The notes: generated by a model not told the origin, from the letters alone. A stretch of 63,602 nt of DNA, filler included, from Choristocarpus tenellus KU-1152 (GCA_964200185.2; 12 parts of 12 records of this genome joined end to end with filler, not necessarily neighbours in it); one strand, 5' to 3'; counted from the whole stretch's first letter, positions 12,739 to 26,206 are shown. Made by a program: numbers and translations.

Positions 12739-13680
12739 GAGTTGGAAGAGTCTAATCGAACAGGTGTCTCCCACTTCTTGCAAGATTGTGGTTCCTCTGC
12801 AGGACACTAAACGGGTCCCCGTGTCGTCCCCCTTCAGGCTATCCTCGACCCTGACTTCACACACCTTCGTTGTAATAACCTCGACGATACATACACCATC
12901 GGGCCTGGTCAATACCAGAGATCCACTACGGAATCCAATCGGCAACCCCTCGGCACAATACCTGTTCGCTTCTCAAGACAATGCAGACGTGGAGACATAT
13001 CCAATGCCAAGTTTGGTCAAGGCACCACTTCCATCCTACGCGGGAGTGGGGATGCTATCGTCTGGGGGAAGATCCACGATGTTGAACTAGCCGATTCTGG
13101 GGCATGTGCTTACTCTGTGTGTTACCAAGGTGAGCATGGTGAGACCTCCTTGCTGCCTGGGCTGAAGTCGTTCATGGCAGAGGACGAGATCGAGGAGGGG
13201 GTCGAACAACTGAGGGAGAAGGAGAAGAGGGACCGTGATAAGACTGCAGCCCAGTGTGCCAACCAACGCTGCGTGCAGATGATAAACCAAGTGGACCGTA
13301 GAGTGGACGAGAAGGATACCGAGACATACATCCTCCTGCAACCGTCAATGAGGGTTGTGCCGGATTTGGACGGGGAAGGGGCACTTTATTCAAGAGCCAA
13401 GGGCAGGGGACTGTACTTTCGAATGGACAGTCAGTGGATGCGAGGGATCATCACCAAATACCAGCCCTGACACACGGTGTGAGTGGGAGAGGAGTGAGTC
13501 AGCTACCTCTACGAGGTGAAATGGGAGAATGGTGGCGAGGTGCGAAATATTTAGCTTGTTGAATAACGATACACTATGGGGCAAGACGCCAAGTCATGGT
13601 CCTGGTTCTGGATGAGTCCGACATTACCGTACTATAGAAGGGAGGGCAAAGCGTTGGACAGGCTACAATGTTCTGTAATT
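12739..13680 (+). pseudogene. Decayed intronless ORF with a Tudor-like C-terminal module, probably transposon-derived
   Basis: One frame of about 310 codons with six in-frame stops (12808, 13468, 13480, 13495, 13552, 13564) and no frameshift. It reads GRGLYFRMDSQWMRGIITKY...YLYEVKWENGGEVRNI...WSWFW. Confidence 0.5.
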
Positions 13681-16030
13681 CATACTCATGTGTCACCCTC
13701 TCCCTTCATCCATCCAGTACATCATGCTTCCCGTGGACATCCTTTCCTATAGAGGGTGGACATTATTGAGGCGCTTCATTTTCCATCTATTACATTCTGC
13801 GTTACATCAGTCCTATCTTTTCTACTAACATGTGCTCCTGCACCTTTGTTTATTGTCCTGATAACAATAGACGTTTAGAATCTGTATCTTGGTCAATTAT
13901 TTCCTTACGACTACTGGTATACGCCATAATGTATTTAGGGATGTATGGATAGAATTTATCATCAGAATTTAAAGTCTGCTTCTCTATGTTAAAAAGAGCA
14001 CGTGTTTGCCCCATCACAAATACATAAACACCACAACGGAATTAATTTGTCGTGATCTCGTGCAGTGTGGTCTTTTATATGCAGCGTTCCATGCACCCTA
14101 TATGCGTACTCAATCAATAATGTGCGCGCATTCGTCTCTCCCGCATATCGCACTTTAAGACATTGATACGACATTCTGCACTCCATAAGGGACATAATTA
14201 TATCCCTCTAATATACAAACGCGAACATATACCTGCAAACAACTCATCCCCTCCCATCCCCTAGTACATACAGAACTCACCTCCACAGGATGTAAACTCA
14301 AATCCAACGACCTTAAAACGACGCTATGGGAACGTTGCCCTTGATAACAGTTTGTAGGGTGTCAGGTGTCCTTCTATTTCGAAACTTTAAGCTAATTTTC
14401 GAACCATGATTGTTGTGAAATATCCGTGAATAGATAGATAGGGAGGGATGGGAGGAGGGGTAGGTGATGACATGATGGAGCACGTGTCATATATTTTGCT
14501 TTGGTATGGGGAAAAAAGGTTGACACCATCCAGGAAAGATGATGCAGCAGCGTCGTAGTGTTACACCACAAGACGTTTGGTAGGTGGGAGTTACCAACCC
14601 CGTGGTAATTTATATTATAAGGGAGGCACTGAAGGCAACTATGGGGGCACACGTAAATAACGAAGGAAAGAGGAAGGACAAGCAAATACGAAACCGTTTG
14701 ATGTTAAAATGGTGTTAGAGGGGAGGGGGAGGGTAGTTGCTAGGTACTGATTTACTACATACCTCCTATGCAAACCTGACGAAATGTTTTGGGAGACGAA
14801 ACGATTTGATACGCCCAAACTCCTGCCTGATACGTGTGAATGTTGTGTATTAATAATATTGTCAACTCCAATTGTTTGTCACCAACACAGAAATGCAGTG
14901 ACAGGGTAGAGGTCAGGACAGTGTGTCCAAGGGAGATCAAAACTGCAAGGGGATAGCTATCACACGCCTGACAGAGAGGCAAGGGAAAACAAAGATGAAC
15001 GACGGAGGGAACTGGAAGGTAGGGCGAGCAAGGGAGGAAGGAGCAGTTGGGATGCTGAGTGGGTTTATGGACAGTTGTGATGAAAACTTACCACTAAACA
15101 GTCCACTTCATCATGGCAGACAGACAGAGCAGATTGGAAGTGTGGAGAAGAGAGCAAGTAACCATAGCACTCTGCACGATAGTCAAGACGTGAGGACTTA
15201 ACCTAAGGAAATACGCTCCATATTCAGGGAAGATATGGGGGAACACACATAGATAGGGGGACAGGGGGTAAGGGACACTAATAACATAAACATCATCCCG
15301 AATGGAAATCAGAACATTAAAAATGGCATATATCATAAGTGTATTTATTATGAAAGAGGCAGAGAAAGTGTGAAGGTCATGAGGGGGGGAGGTTTTATGT
15401 TTTATAGACCTCAAATACTGGAACAAGTGGAAGAAAGGAAACGTCAATATGAATTCTTATGCGGGGAGTGAGTGTGAAAGGAGGTACTATCTTTGTTGTA
15501 GAAGAGTTGTGTTGCTTGCGCGCAAAGTTAATCCTCACTTCCACATCGCGCGCCACCCTTCAAAACTCAACAAACGAGGTTGGAGGGTGGGATTCTTGTG
15601 TCTCATCCCTTGAAGTTTTCGGAGGTGTGGTTACTAGACCAACGGCAACTTTATCCCTGCGAGCGAGACGGTTATAGGGGGGTGGGGAGCTCAAACGAGC
15701 TCGGTGGAGCTGGAAATATGTGCCAAAGTGTCACAATCGAGGGGTGATAGTGATATGGTGATGTGGGACATGTTTTGGAGGGAGACTGTTTTTTCGCACT
15801 GTCACATGCCCAGCTTGGGTTGGAACCCTAGCTAGGGAGTTAGACATTGTTGCGCTTGAAGAACTTAGAGTGTACAAGATCTGAAGTAATACGGAAGGGG
15901 AGAGGGGCGTGGTGATATTGACAAGACCGAACGGCATAGTTTGGACGTCAACCTAGAAAGGACATACGAGTACCTTCGTGATCCTGCCTCTTGCAATCGT
16001 GCAAGAAGCTCCGAGAAAATATACAAAAAA

Positions 16031-16540
16031 ATGTCGATTTGCAGAGATAACAAGCAACACCGAAAGGAAAGGCAGCGTCTGGGGCAGGGTGTGAGGCGAC
16101 CCCGCGCAGAGGTGAATACCACGCTTGCACTCCTTTACTGTTGCTATGTTCTCAAGCCGGTGTCTGGAGCTGCTTCTGGAGTGAATTCAAACAATGGCAG
16201 GGGACAGGGTCATCCACACGCACCAGAGGGGCTGCATCGTTCTGCTGCCGCTCGGGGGGGGTCCAGTGTGCCGCCGACTGTAGCCTTTTCTCAGACAACC
16301 GGGACAGATGAAGCGGGAAGGAGTGGGGGAGATAACTCCGGATTTGATAGCGAGGGGTCCATGGATGGAGGGAGTTCGTTTCACTCTGACTACTCCCACG
16401 GTGATGAGGATGGACAGGATGACTGGGGGCCGAGGCGAGGTGGAACAAGCTTTAGCGATGGGGGGCGTGCCTTGGATGATGATCAAAGGGAAGGGAGGCC
16501 TGATGGAAGCAGTCATAAGGATCTCAAGCAGTTGTTGCAG
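16031..16540 (+). CDS. Probable first exon of a hypothetical protein (basic N-terminus, hydrophobic stretch, Gly/Asp/Ser-rich region)
   Basis: GC-richer 170-codon open stretch from ATG 16031 to the donor CAG|GTTATG. Possible downstream exons at 17296-17308 and 17444-17479. Confidence 0.6.
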
Positions 16541-18709
16541 GTTATGATTGTACATTGCAATTATTGCAGTAATCAGTATCCTGTTCCTAGTATATTGCTG
16601 ACACCACTATAATCTCCATTTTAGGCGACACTATCATCAGTGACATAGTTATACAGTGTGTAGTCCACGAGTCAACGATCACTGCAGGGTACAAGCCCTT
16701 TATGATATTCACTCCCTCCTATGCTTCTGTTTCGTTTTCTTTTGCTGTCCCGTTGTTTTGCCGTTTATCTTGGTTAGCTTCAGTAGAGAGGAAATGGCCT
16801 TTTTTTTTTTAACACATTGTTGCAGACCTTCTCTCACCGATGCCACCCCTTACGTATGTTAAGTTCAGCCTCAAGACGGAAACCTCGGAGGATTTTTACT
16901 CCTTATTCCTGGCTTTTCTTCAGATTTTTGAGCGTTGTTGTCAGATCATACCTATTTTGTTGAGGTCCCTTTTTATTCGTATGGAGTAGGGTGACTGTGC
17001 ACAGCGAGATATTTACCCTGCCCCCAACCCCTAACCCTAGACAACTCCCCATTGTGGGGCGCTTGGTGGTATATCTAACCTTGCAATAATTGAAGACAAG
17101 TACAAGTAAAGAGTAGAATAGCTCAACACCTTTACTTTTTTTTCGCAATGTTCCACGGGTGTGAGCGCGATTGGGCTGCCCCTTTTTGTTGCAGTCATCT
17201 CTCGTAGTCCATGGTGAGGGGTACCTGTGCTCTATCCACATTTAACTACAAGGCTGACATGAAGAGCAGAGACCTAACATGCAATATTCCTGCAGGTTGA
17301 TGATGCGAGTGTATTCTATTTGTCTGGTTTTTTTTTCTATGATGTATACTAAGCTATACATCAATCTACTCCGAATTTATTGCTTCCCAAGCCAACTTAT
17401 GTATTGTGAAATCTAATATATATATGTATAGATCTAACCTCAGGGCAGTTTGAGATGAATTTCCCAACGCAGGAAAAAGGTACTACTCTTTTTTTTAAAT
17501 TGAAATGTTGATATTGGTCCCCTAAATAGACACTAGTTATTCCTTTCAATAAATAATCAGATTGTGAGCAAAAAAGCAGTCTCAGTGCTTCAAAAGCGGC
17601 CTATAATCTCAAGCCACTTTGTGAACTTATCGGAATACAAAAATGTACTACCCTAAGTTGATACACTTGAAACGTTGTATCTCTTAACACTGTAATTTGC
17701 TGGAAGTCTTTGCCCCTATATCAGCGCACTGTCCTGCCAACCCTATTGTCATGTCCATGTTGGTCCATTTCAATTCCTTGCATATGCAATCCTATTCCTG
17801 TAGTTGTTAAGTTAAAGAAGAACAAGACGCCAGTCTAAATCAATTTTTTTTCTCACTCTGGACACAATTTTCCTACCAGGGTACGTACACAGGGATTGAG
17901 TCGGCACTAAGTAATTCCACTTAGCATTCAAACACACGGTGTAAAGCTTAGCGTTAGGGTTTATGAATCTTGCTGTCAACACTCTTATCGTACTACTCTC
18001 TCCCTTTTTTTTTTTCTTGCACTCTTTTTATGTGTGTTCACAACAGTACGTGCGTGCTACTAGGTTTTTTTAATTTTTTTTTCTGGACTGTATCTGCGTA
18101 ATAGTCTTGAGAGACAGTGTTTGGTGGCCCTCCCCTTAGTGACACCAAAAAAGTAGAAAACTTCCGTCCCTGAATAGTTCGGCTTTGAGTATTGACTAGT
18201 TGGTAATGGGATAATGATGTCCAAGACCCCGCTCCCCCTCCCCAAAGCCCAACCCCACATTCCTGTCTCATTCCATACCCACTACTGTCTNNNNNNNNNN
18301 NNNNNNNNNNNNNNNNNNNNNNNNNNNNNNNNNNTTAATTAATTAANNNNNNNNNNNNNNNNNNNNNNNNNNNNNNNNNNNNNNNNNNNNGGTTAAGGAA
18401 AGTGCCCTTTTCCTGGTTTGGTCCCAAAGGGCCAATCTGGGGTGGCCCCCCCCCCCCCCCAGATACTTTGGGTCTTCATTTACACAAGTAATTTCCATAT
18501 CTCCGTCCTCATGCACACACAGTGGGAAGAGGGGAGAGGAGGGTTAGGCTATGTTGTGTTGATTAGATTCAAAGCATTTTGCCTGAGACAATCAGCACAA
18601 TCCAAGCATTGCTAGTAACCTTGCGCACTAAGCAAGATTTCTGTTGTCCCCTGCCTGTCCTAACTCAAGTACGCTCCCTCCTCTTTCCAGTGCAAAACCC
18701 CATACACAC

Positions 18710-21554
18710 CTGACTGTGAGCAAGCGATGCAATGGAGGCAAATAGATGTTCAACAGTGCTGATGACCCTGTCTTGTCACCCTCATCCACAGGGGCGACTC
18801 CCCCACGCCCATTTCCTTCTGAAGTGTGGCAAAATTGTCAAGTTGCATGTTTATTACCACCCCAAAGGAGAAACAGGATGCTTGAGGGTGTGAGTAAAGC
18901 ATAATATTGTGGGTTTAGTGAAGGCATTGGAAGAATGAGGAATAGATGGCGCGGGAAATCTTAATCCATACAAGGTGTGGATATTCACTAATTAAATTAT
19001 GTAGATATTATGCGACAGGATACCCAATTACTTCGGTTCATGAACACCTTACCCACTCTCAAGGAGTCCTGGGAAGGATCAATACAAGACTTCATGCAAG
19101 ACCGTTGGGAGGTGTTAGTTGCAAAGCTTGTTCCAGGAGAAGGATAATTATACCTGAGGTGCGGTGGAGTACCAGCTCATAGGATAATTATCCTTCTCAT
19201 AGGATCCCTTTTGGCACGATCATTTCTACCCCCCCAAATACAGAAAAATATGATTTTGGGGGGGCATATTGCGGTATTTTTGCCTTTTCAAGAGTTGTCG
19301 CGAAATATAACTAGGAGGAGAGGGGGGCGAGGTTAAAGCGGAGCTTCCGCTCATTTCGCCTTGTGTTGGTTCAAATTAGTCATGCTCAGCATCAATACAC
19401 ATCATAGAGAGGATGTTCACACGCTTGTATGGCATTGTGATATTTGCCAATTGCAGCACCTGGAAGGTACCCTCAGATGCTCACCGTTGAGCTCCTCACT
19501 GTTCTGATGCTCTGCGCAGGTCAGCACCTCAGTGCCAACCCAGCCAAGTTTCTTTGCCTCAACCAATAGCACGGCTTCAGCTTCCCTTAATGCCTTTGCC
19601 ACTTCACAAAGGATTGAAAGTACATGCCCATGGTCTGTTTCACAGAGGCTCTGCTGCTGACGAATCTATATCGAGAGCAGGGGGGTCGAATTTACCCATT
19701 ATCAAAACAGTGAACGGGCAGGAATTGGGAAGGCAAGCCAAGGATGTAAGCCAACCGTGCTGATAATGCTGGCCACCACGATTTGGGCATGAGTTAATTC
19801 CTTGTGTCACTGCTTTTGAAAACTGTCCTTCTTTCAGGGAGGCAGCTAAGGTTGTATTTGAAAGCATGGAATCAGTTGTGTTGACCAGACAATGATTTTT
19901 TGGACTTTGAACACCGAGAATAATCCCTACAGGCACATATCCTAGCAATATATACATCTCAACAGTCTTGCTTATGGAGGAACACCCTTCAGCTTAAAGT
20001 ATGCCAAACATTCCCTACTTAAAGTTATGCAACGGGTCACATATAATGTTCTTGTTGAGCAGAGTTATTGTCACAAACTTGGTGGATCTTCCTGGCAGTA
20101 GTACTCTCTATAATCTGGAGCAAGGGATGTACTTTGAAGTAGTAGTGAATGCCCCGTGAGCATGACAAGGCATTGAGGGATAGATGTCTTACCTTGGACA
20201 ATAGGTGAAGGACAGACACATAGTCAAGACCAAGAGTTTCATCCTGCATGTATGATTGTGACAGGGAATGACAACCAGCAATTGCCATGTCCAGGTTCCC
20301 CTCTGCTACAGCTGCCTGCATGCACCCCAGGGCAGGGGTGGGTATATTGGACAGTGCAGGGGGAACAGAGCAACATGACAGGGGATGGAAATGGAACAAC
20401 TTATGTAGCCAAGGGAGAAACTAAATGGCGTGCACAATCCAGTTATGTGAAAGCACTAGCTGGGCAGCACTTATGTTAATTACTATTTACTCTTAGCTGA
20501 CCACAAGAGAGCAAGGACATCTACCATACTACACACTGCCCTCAGTCCTCACACACATGGTTGCGAATAGCAGGCAGTGACAGGTGGTTGCATTTGTACA
20601 AATTGGATAGGGAATTGCTACTTTGGTTCAGAGGACTTTAGCTGGTATGTGGTCAGCATTCTTTCTTTGTTGAACATAAAACTGTACTGGGCTCATACTA
20701 TCTGGGAGGGGGTAGCGGCTGACAATTTGGGGTCAATTTTTTCGTGTCGTGTTTTTGGGGTGATTTGGTTGCATACGTCGGATGGATAATGTAAATGCAC
20801 TTTTCCTGATTTCGACCAAATGGAAACCCTGGTGTCGATCCCCGCCCCCCCAGATACTTTAGGTCTTGCACAACTGCAGTGCGAATGTCTGGTTTTCATT
20901 TTTTCCCAAACATCTCACTCATATGGTACCCCCTATAATGATCTGAGCCTTTTTGCTGTAGGCTCGGCTTCTGTAGTGCCTTGATTTAGGAGAGGAGTTC
21001 AGAGATAGAAGCAGACTATTCTAATGGTAAACATGTCCACTCACTCGCATCTACACATATTCAATATAGTCCAGAGTATTGACACTTTTATTGAGAGACT
21101 ACGTAATATATGCATTGCATTACTAGAAAAAGAGCCAAAAAGACTTTTGTGACAACCCCAAAACAGCACATTGAGTCCTTTATGCATCTAGAGTTAGTTA
21201 TTTACTTATTTTCTATTGCTGTCTCCCCCTTTAAGATGCCACACACCAACTGTTGCTGGGTTGTTCATTTTCTGACCTAAATATAGCTGCTCAGTATTTA
21301 CTACCCATGAATTTGAATTTGATGGGGCGATCAAAGTATGCCACCCTGAAAATGTAGCTTTTCTTGTTTAGGTCAAGCTGGGAGTTATTTTAGAGTGTTG
21401 TTGTGTGACCTCAATTTCAGCCTTTGGCACAAGGATCCCCCTGCCTAACCTGCGCCTTGAGTCTCTTCAATCGAAGGTAGACCACCCTTTCCCCTACAGT
21501 TTCAGCCTCCTCCAAACCTCTCCTGCACTGGACAATGGCATCTTCTGTGCGTCC
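18710..21554 (-). CDS. CFAP54: CFAP54-like flagellar central-pair protein, internal exons (partial)
   Basis: Five phase-compatible exons (21554-21450, 20315-20193, 19665-19460, 19153-19053, 18818-18710) give GRTEDAIVQCRRGLEEAETVGE...ALREAEAVLLVEAKKLGWVG...LLNIYLPPLHRLLTVR. The NIYLP..LL motif and helical pattern resemble CFAP54 as recalled from memory; no search was run. Confidence 0.6.
20690..20865. mobile_element. MITE family B (intronic)
   Basis: Same termini and internal TTGGTTGCATACGTCGGATGG as 3085-3263. Flanks CTG/TTG. Confidence 0.88.
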
Positions 21555-21819
21555 CTGCAGATGAAAGAAGAGATGATTTGTCATATTGCAGGAATTGTTA
21601 GGAGGGAACGAGTTCTTGGTTCAGGAATAGTGTATATCCATGGAGTTTTGGGGGGGTTTCAAAAAATACCCTGTGAGTAGATGCTAGCAATAGGTATATT
21701 TGAGCACCATACTAAATGTACATCCTGTCTATGTTTGTGCTCCAGCCACTTGAGGCCTAGTATTAATTCTTCACATGTATCATTAATGTTCACTCAATAG
21801 ACCATCCATAATGTATCCT

Positions 21820-22342
21820 GACCCAAAGCAATCAAGAGGGTAGGAGTTTTGCCCTGTTTGCGAGCCACATTATCTTAGAGGGTAGAGCTGCGTCCATTTG
21901 GGGACCAAAATCCAATGTTGCGATTTTGATGTAATTGGCCATTGTATTTGCTAGGAAGTGTCAATATTTATGTTCTGGACGCACCTTTTCATAACTTATA
22001 CATTTTACCTATTCCGAAATATTTTGGAGTAGGAAAATGTCATAAGAAAACTCATGGGAAGCCAAACCCAAATGGACAAACAGGGCAAAACTCATACCCT
22101 CTAAGATACTTTCACTCTTGCCTGTTCGGGGCTTGGCTTCCCAGGGGTTTTTTATGCCCTTTTTCGGTTTTCTGTCTGAACACAGTACTACCTAAAATGT
22201 ATACAACTATGAAAGGTGTGTCCAGAGCAAGGATATTGACACTTCCTAACAAAACACGATAGCCAAAATTATATCAAAATCACAACATTGGATATATGAT
22301 CCTGAACGGATGTGGCCCTACCCTCTTAAATGCTTTTGACTC
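21820..22342. mobile_element. Nested MITE family A (inverted copy 21862-22117 inside an older copy)
   Basis: The inner copy has a 4-bp TSD TTGC and the outer copy has a 4-bp TSD TCCT. Confidence 0.85.
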
Positions 22343-23394
22343 TCCTTCCAAAAAGAACTTGCTCATGGCGATCTGATATCAACCCAGACCAGTGTGTAAT
22401 GGTGTGTTAATCATCAAGGATGATACTATATTGAACTTTTCCGAAATTGGATGCCAAAATGGTGAGACCATGTGAGGGTGATTCGGACACAACTACATGC
22501 TCTAGTGTAATCACTCACATCAGTTGGGGATAGAGGAATGGGGGTTGGGAGGAGAGGGAATGCATGCAAGTGTATGATAGGTGACACAGAAGGAAATCTA
22601 TTATTAGGGTCTTCATGGAAAAGACCTTCTGCCCGTGAAGTTTGTTATGAAAAATAGGATATTTCATTCCAGGGATTCCTTTCCTTTGGTCAATAGAAGG
22701 TACTGTCCGCTGACCCCGAACAACATATGCACTAATTCTCAAAATATTTCGTTTCACTTCCTTGGGGAACTTGGAAGATTTGGGACAACAACTTGAGACT
22801 GCTCAGGTTTTTAAAACTTCCCACGAATCTACAGCAGCAGATGTGACTCAATGGAATGCTTCAGAGAGAGCCTCAAGGCTTAGTGCGATATCGTTTATGA
22901 CAAAGGACTACTGACTACTTCAAAATGAGCTTTGAGATAATTCCTGTCACTCTATCCCCCAGGTTCACATCACAACACTAATGTTCTCACATTCAACCTT
23001 TGACCCTCAACTTCCTAATCCAACCTCCCCTTTAACCCCTGTCCGTTTCACTATATGAGCTTCTGTGTGACCATGTAAGTTCTTGGGTAGAATTTTTTCT
23101 GTGTTTCTTCTGATTCAAGCACGAGACACAAAGTATCTGGGAGGGGGGGAGGGTTCTACACCAGGGTGTCCATTTGGATCAAAATCAGCAAAAGTGCATT
23201 TATANNNNNNNNNNNNNNNNNNNNNNNNNNNNNNNNNNNNNNNNNNNNTTAATTAATTAANNNNNNNNNNNNNNNNNNNNNNNNNNNNNNNNNNNNNNNN
23301 NNNNCCCACCCCACCTCCTTCCTCGCCCCAATTACCACCACCACCTGCCCCACTACCCCCCCCCTTCTCCACAGAAAGTCTAGGCCACCTACCA

Positions 23395-24779
23395 CTACAT
23401 GCACGTCTGCCTTGGGGGGTCCACACTCCAAGTGTAGCTTGTGCCCTTGACCAAGTCCAGATGGAGCTGGAGCAGGTAAATATCACCATGGTTAGGAAGG
23501 TCCCAGGCAGGCTCTGCAACATCCACACAATCGCCCTCATGCACACAGTGGATCTCCTGATACATGAGGTAACTGCCCCAAGGCTGAAGGGGGGGACACC
23601 AACAATAGGGTTCATCAGAGCGTCCAAACTCTTCCACATGATCTTTGGCCTCTTACTGGCAAATGATGGAAAATTCTCGAGGGAGGAAAGGTTTGCCCGG
23701 GTTGATTCAGGGAACATCCAAGAGCTAGTCACATGGCTAATAGAACGATCCCAGAGGACCAGCAGACGTAGGGAGGACCCTGGAGAGGACCCCAAATCCC
23801 GCCAGGAACTCGCTGCAGCTCTGGGTCACCACCATGGAGGAGGTTCCAAGGGGGCAAGCGTGCTCCAGCACAATCCAGAGCCCGGGGGACAGAGGAGACT
23901 TTCAACATACTGGTCCCTATATACCCGAATGAGAACCAGGACGAGCTTAGGAAGGCCATCATAAACGCAAGAGACTGGGTACACAAGGGAATGCAAGATC
24001 TAGGGAACAAAGGTACTGCCTCTGAAGGGGAGAGCACCCCTACCTCCCTTCGAACAGCCTTCATGAGGGCTAACAGCAACTCGGCACCAGGCCCTGACGG
24101 GATGCGCCCAAGCCACACCAGATCAGCCATCACGACAGATGTTGGTCACAAAGAGGTGGCGGAGGCATTTGAAAAACTACAGGAGCTAGCCTACACCTCC
24201 CTGGACTCTCTACCCCTAGAGTTTTGGACACTTCACACAAACTCCAGACTGTCCGCAATTGGGGAGAAGTGCCGCCCGGTTGCCTGCGTTTTTTTTTTCA
24301 GAAGGGCATATGCTTCAGCTTTCTGCACAGACCGGCGCCCCTACCTGGAGGAATTTTTCGGTGGAGTAGGACAATTTGGCGTCAGGGTCCCAAATGGAGT
24401 AGAATGTGTACTCCTGGATATTCGCCTAAGGATTGAGTGCGGAGAATGGGTTATCAGTGGACGGAATGAATGCTTTCAACAGTGTACGTCGCTCAGCTTT
24501 CATTCAGGCCCTCCCAGAGACTCTACCAGTACTCCTACCTTATGTCTCCAAGGTATATGGGGACACCCGCAATCTTCTTTTTCCCCTGGATGAGGGCAGG
24601 ATGAAGATCCTGCCATCAAGATCTGGGGCACAACAGGGAGACCCACTGGACCCCCTCTTATATTGCACAGCAACACAGAAGCCCTTGCAACAGGTCCAAT
24701 CAGTTTTTGGACCCCAAGGGATGTCCTCCCGAAGCTAACTGGATGACATATCCATATCAGCAAGAGAGATAGGCCCTAA
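23395..24779 (+). mobile_element. CRE-clade non-LTR retrotransposon reverse transcriptase (frameshifted, truncated)
   Basis: Motifs SAPGPDGMRPSH, CRPVAC, GQFGVRVPNGVE, DGMNAFNSVRR, SGAQQGDPLDPLLY and *LDDI are spread over three frames. The sequence is cut at 24780 by an LTR. Confidence 0.9.
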
Positions 24780-25330
24780 TGTTACAGGCGCCCCTCGATG
24801 CTCACCTCCACAGAATGTATAGCTCCAATCTACGGGCTTATAGATGATACTGATGTACGTATAGGACTCCTGATGCACAAGTCGTCAAGTATGCTGGATC
24901 TCTCACTTGGATTATCGTAAATAAAATGGTATAAAAAGGGACTGATCAACAATGTCGATCACAATCGGGGACCATAATAAATAAATAATCAAGAAATACA
25001 AATATATCAAATCTGGAACTTCAATGTCATAATGGTGTTTATGAAACCGCCATCAAGACATATCGCCTGCGACATGCCCCCCTAGCATGAAGCATAACTG
25101 CTTCAACGCGATAAATAGGCGATTGGACAAGGAGATATAATGTCGCTCCTCGTCCTATCATGAACGCAGCAGAAATGAAGAGAATGTCGCTTCCAGGTTC
25201 TAACATATCAGTAGGCAGCGTTGGGGATCCAGCGGAGGAGGAAACCTGGAGGGAAAACTCCCTTCCAACGTTTACCCTACGACGACAGATATGTCGGCGC
25301 GACACTCGTACCTCACGGCACTCACTCTGC
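24780..25330 (-). mobile_element. 3' end of a Ty3/Gypsy-like LTR element: LTR 24780-25074, PPT and chromodomain-like remnant
   Basis: The LTR is closely similar to 47761-48005 but has no TSD. On the minus strand it is immediately preceded by CTAGGGGGGCA (PPT-like). Upstream translation RRRVNVGREFSLQ...MLEPGSDIL weakly resembles a chromodomain. Confidence 0.6.
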
Positions 25331-26206
25331 ATTTGACTCAACGTTCCAAAGAAAACTTCTATTCCAGAGTCTCATACACACTTCAAAAGTAGGGTACTGC
25401 CTAAAAAGACTCCACCCCTTCCAAGATAAACAAACACAAATACAGACACAAAATCATAGTAAAACTCCTACACCAGAGTCTCATATACACGTCAAAAGTA
25501 GGGTGCTGTCTAAAAAGACTCGATCCCTCCTGCCCCCCCTCCTCTCAATACCACGTCTTCACCATACCTTCCGTCTCCTTCTTGATCCCATCTAACTAAC
25601 TAACATCTGTTCATTCTCCCTCTCTATCATCAGATCCTTGTCGCCATCTTCTGACGATAGGATGCAGAAGTAGTCAGTGCTAACATCAATGATGTACGTG
25701 ATATCCTGCCTTTCTTCACTGGCTGTAGCAAGTTTGATCTGGAGATATCATCAGCTTTTCCCTTCCCCTTTCCCTTTTTCCTTCCTTTCCCACGTCAACC
25801 TTAAATGCCAACCCTGGATCATGCAGCAGAACCAGCTGTGCACATGGTTTCGGATCTTACACTTGACTGCAAAAACATGGGCCACCTGGTTGGTAAGGTA
25901 GTTTCATATCACTTCGGACCTCTTCTGCTTGGTTGCAGTATGTCCTTCTTCTGCCTTTCAGTGTCGGCACGGAGTCCTCTCGTAGACCATCATCCTCCTT
26001 GTCACTCTTGCTAAGACTTTGTCTTCATCGCCACTGACCTGAATTATCTGAGGGGAGGGGGGGGGGGGTCTACACCAGGGTGTTCAGTTGGGGCAAAACC
26101 AGGAAANNNNNNNNNNNNNNNNNNNNNNNNNNNNNNNNNNNNNNNNNNNNTTAATTAATTAANNNNNNNNNNNNNNNNNNNNNNNNNNNNNNNNNNNNNN
26201 NNNNNN

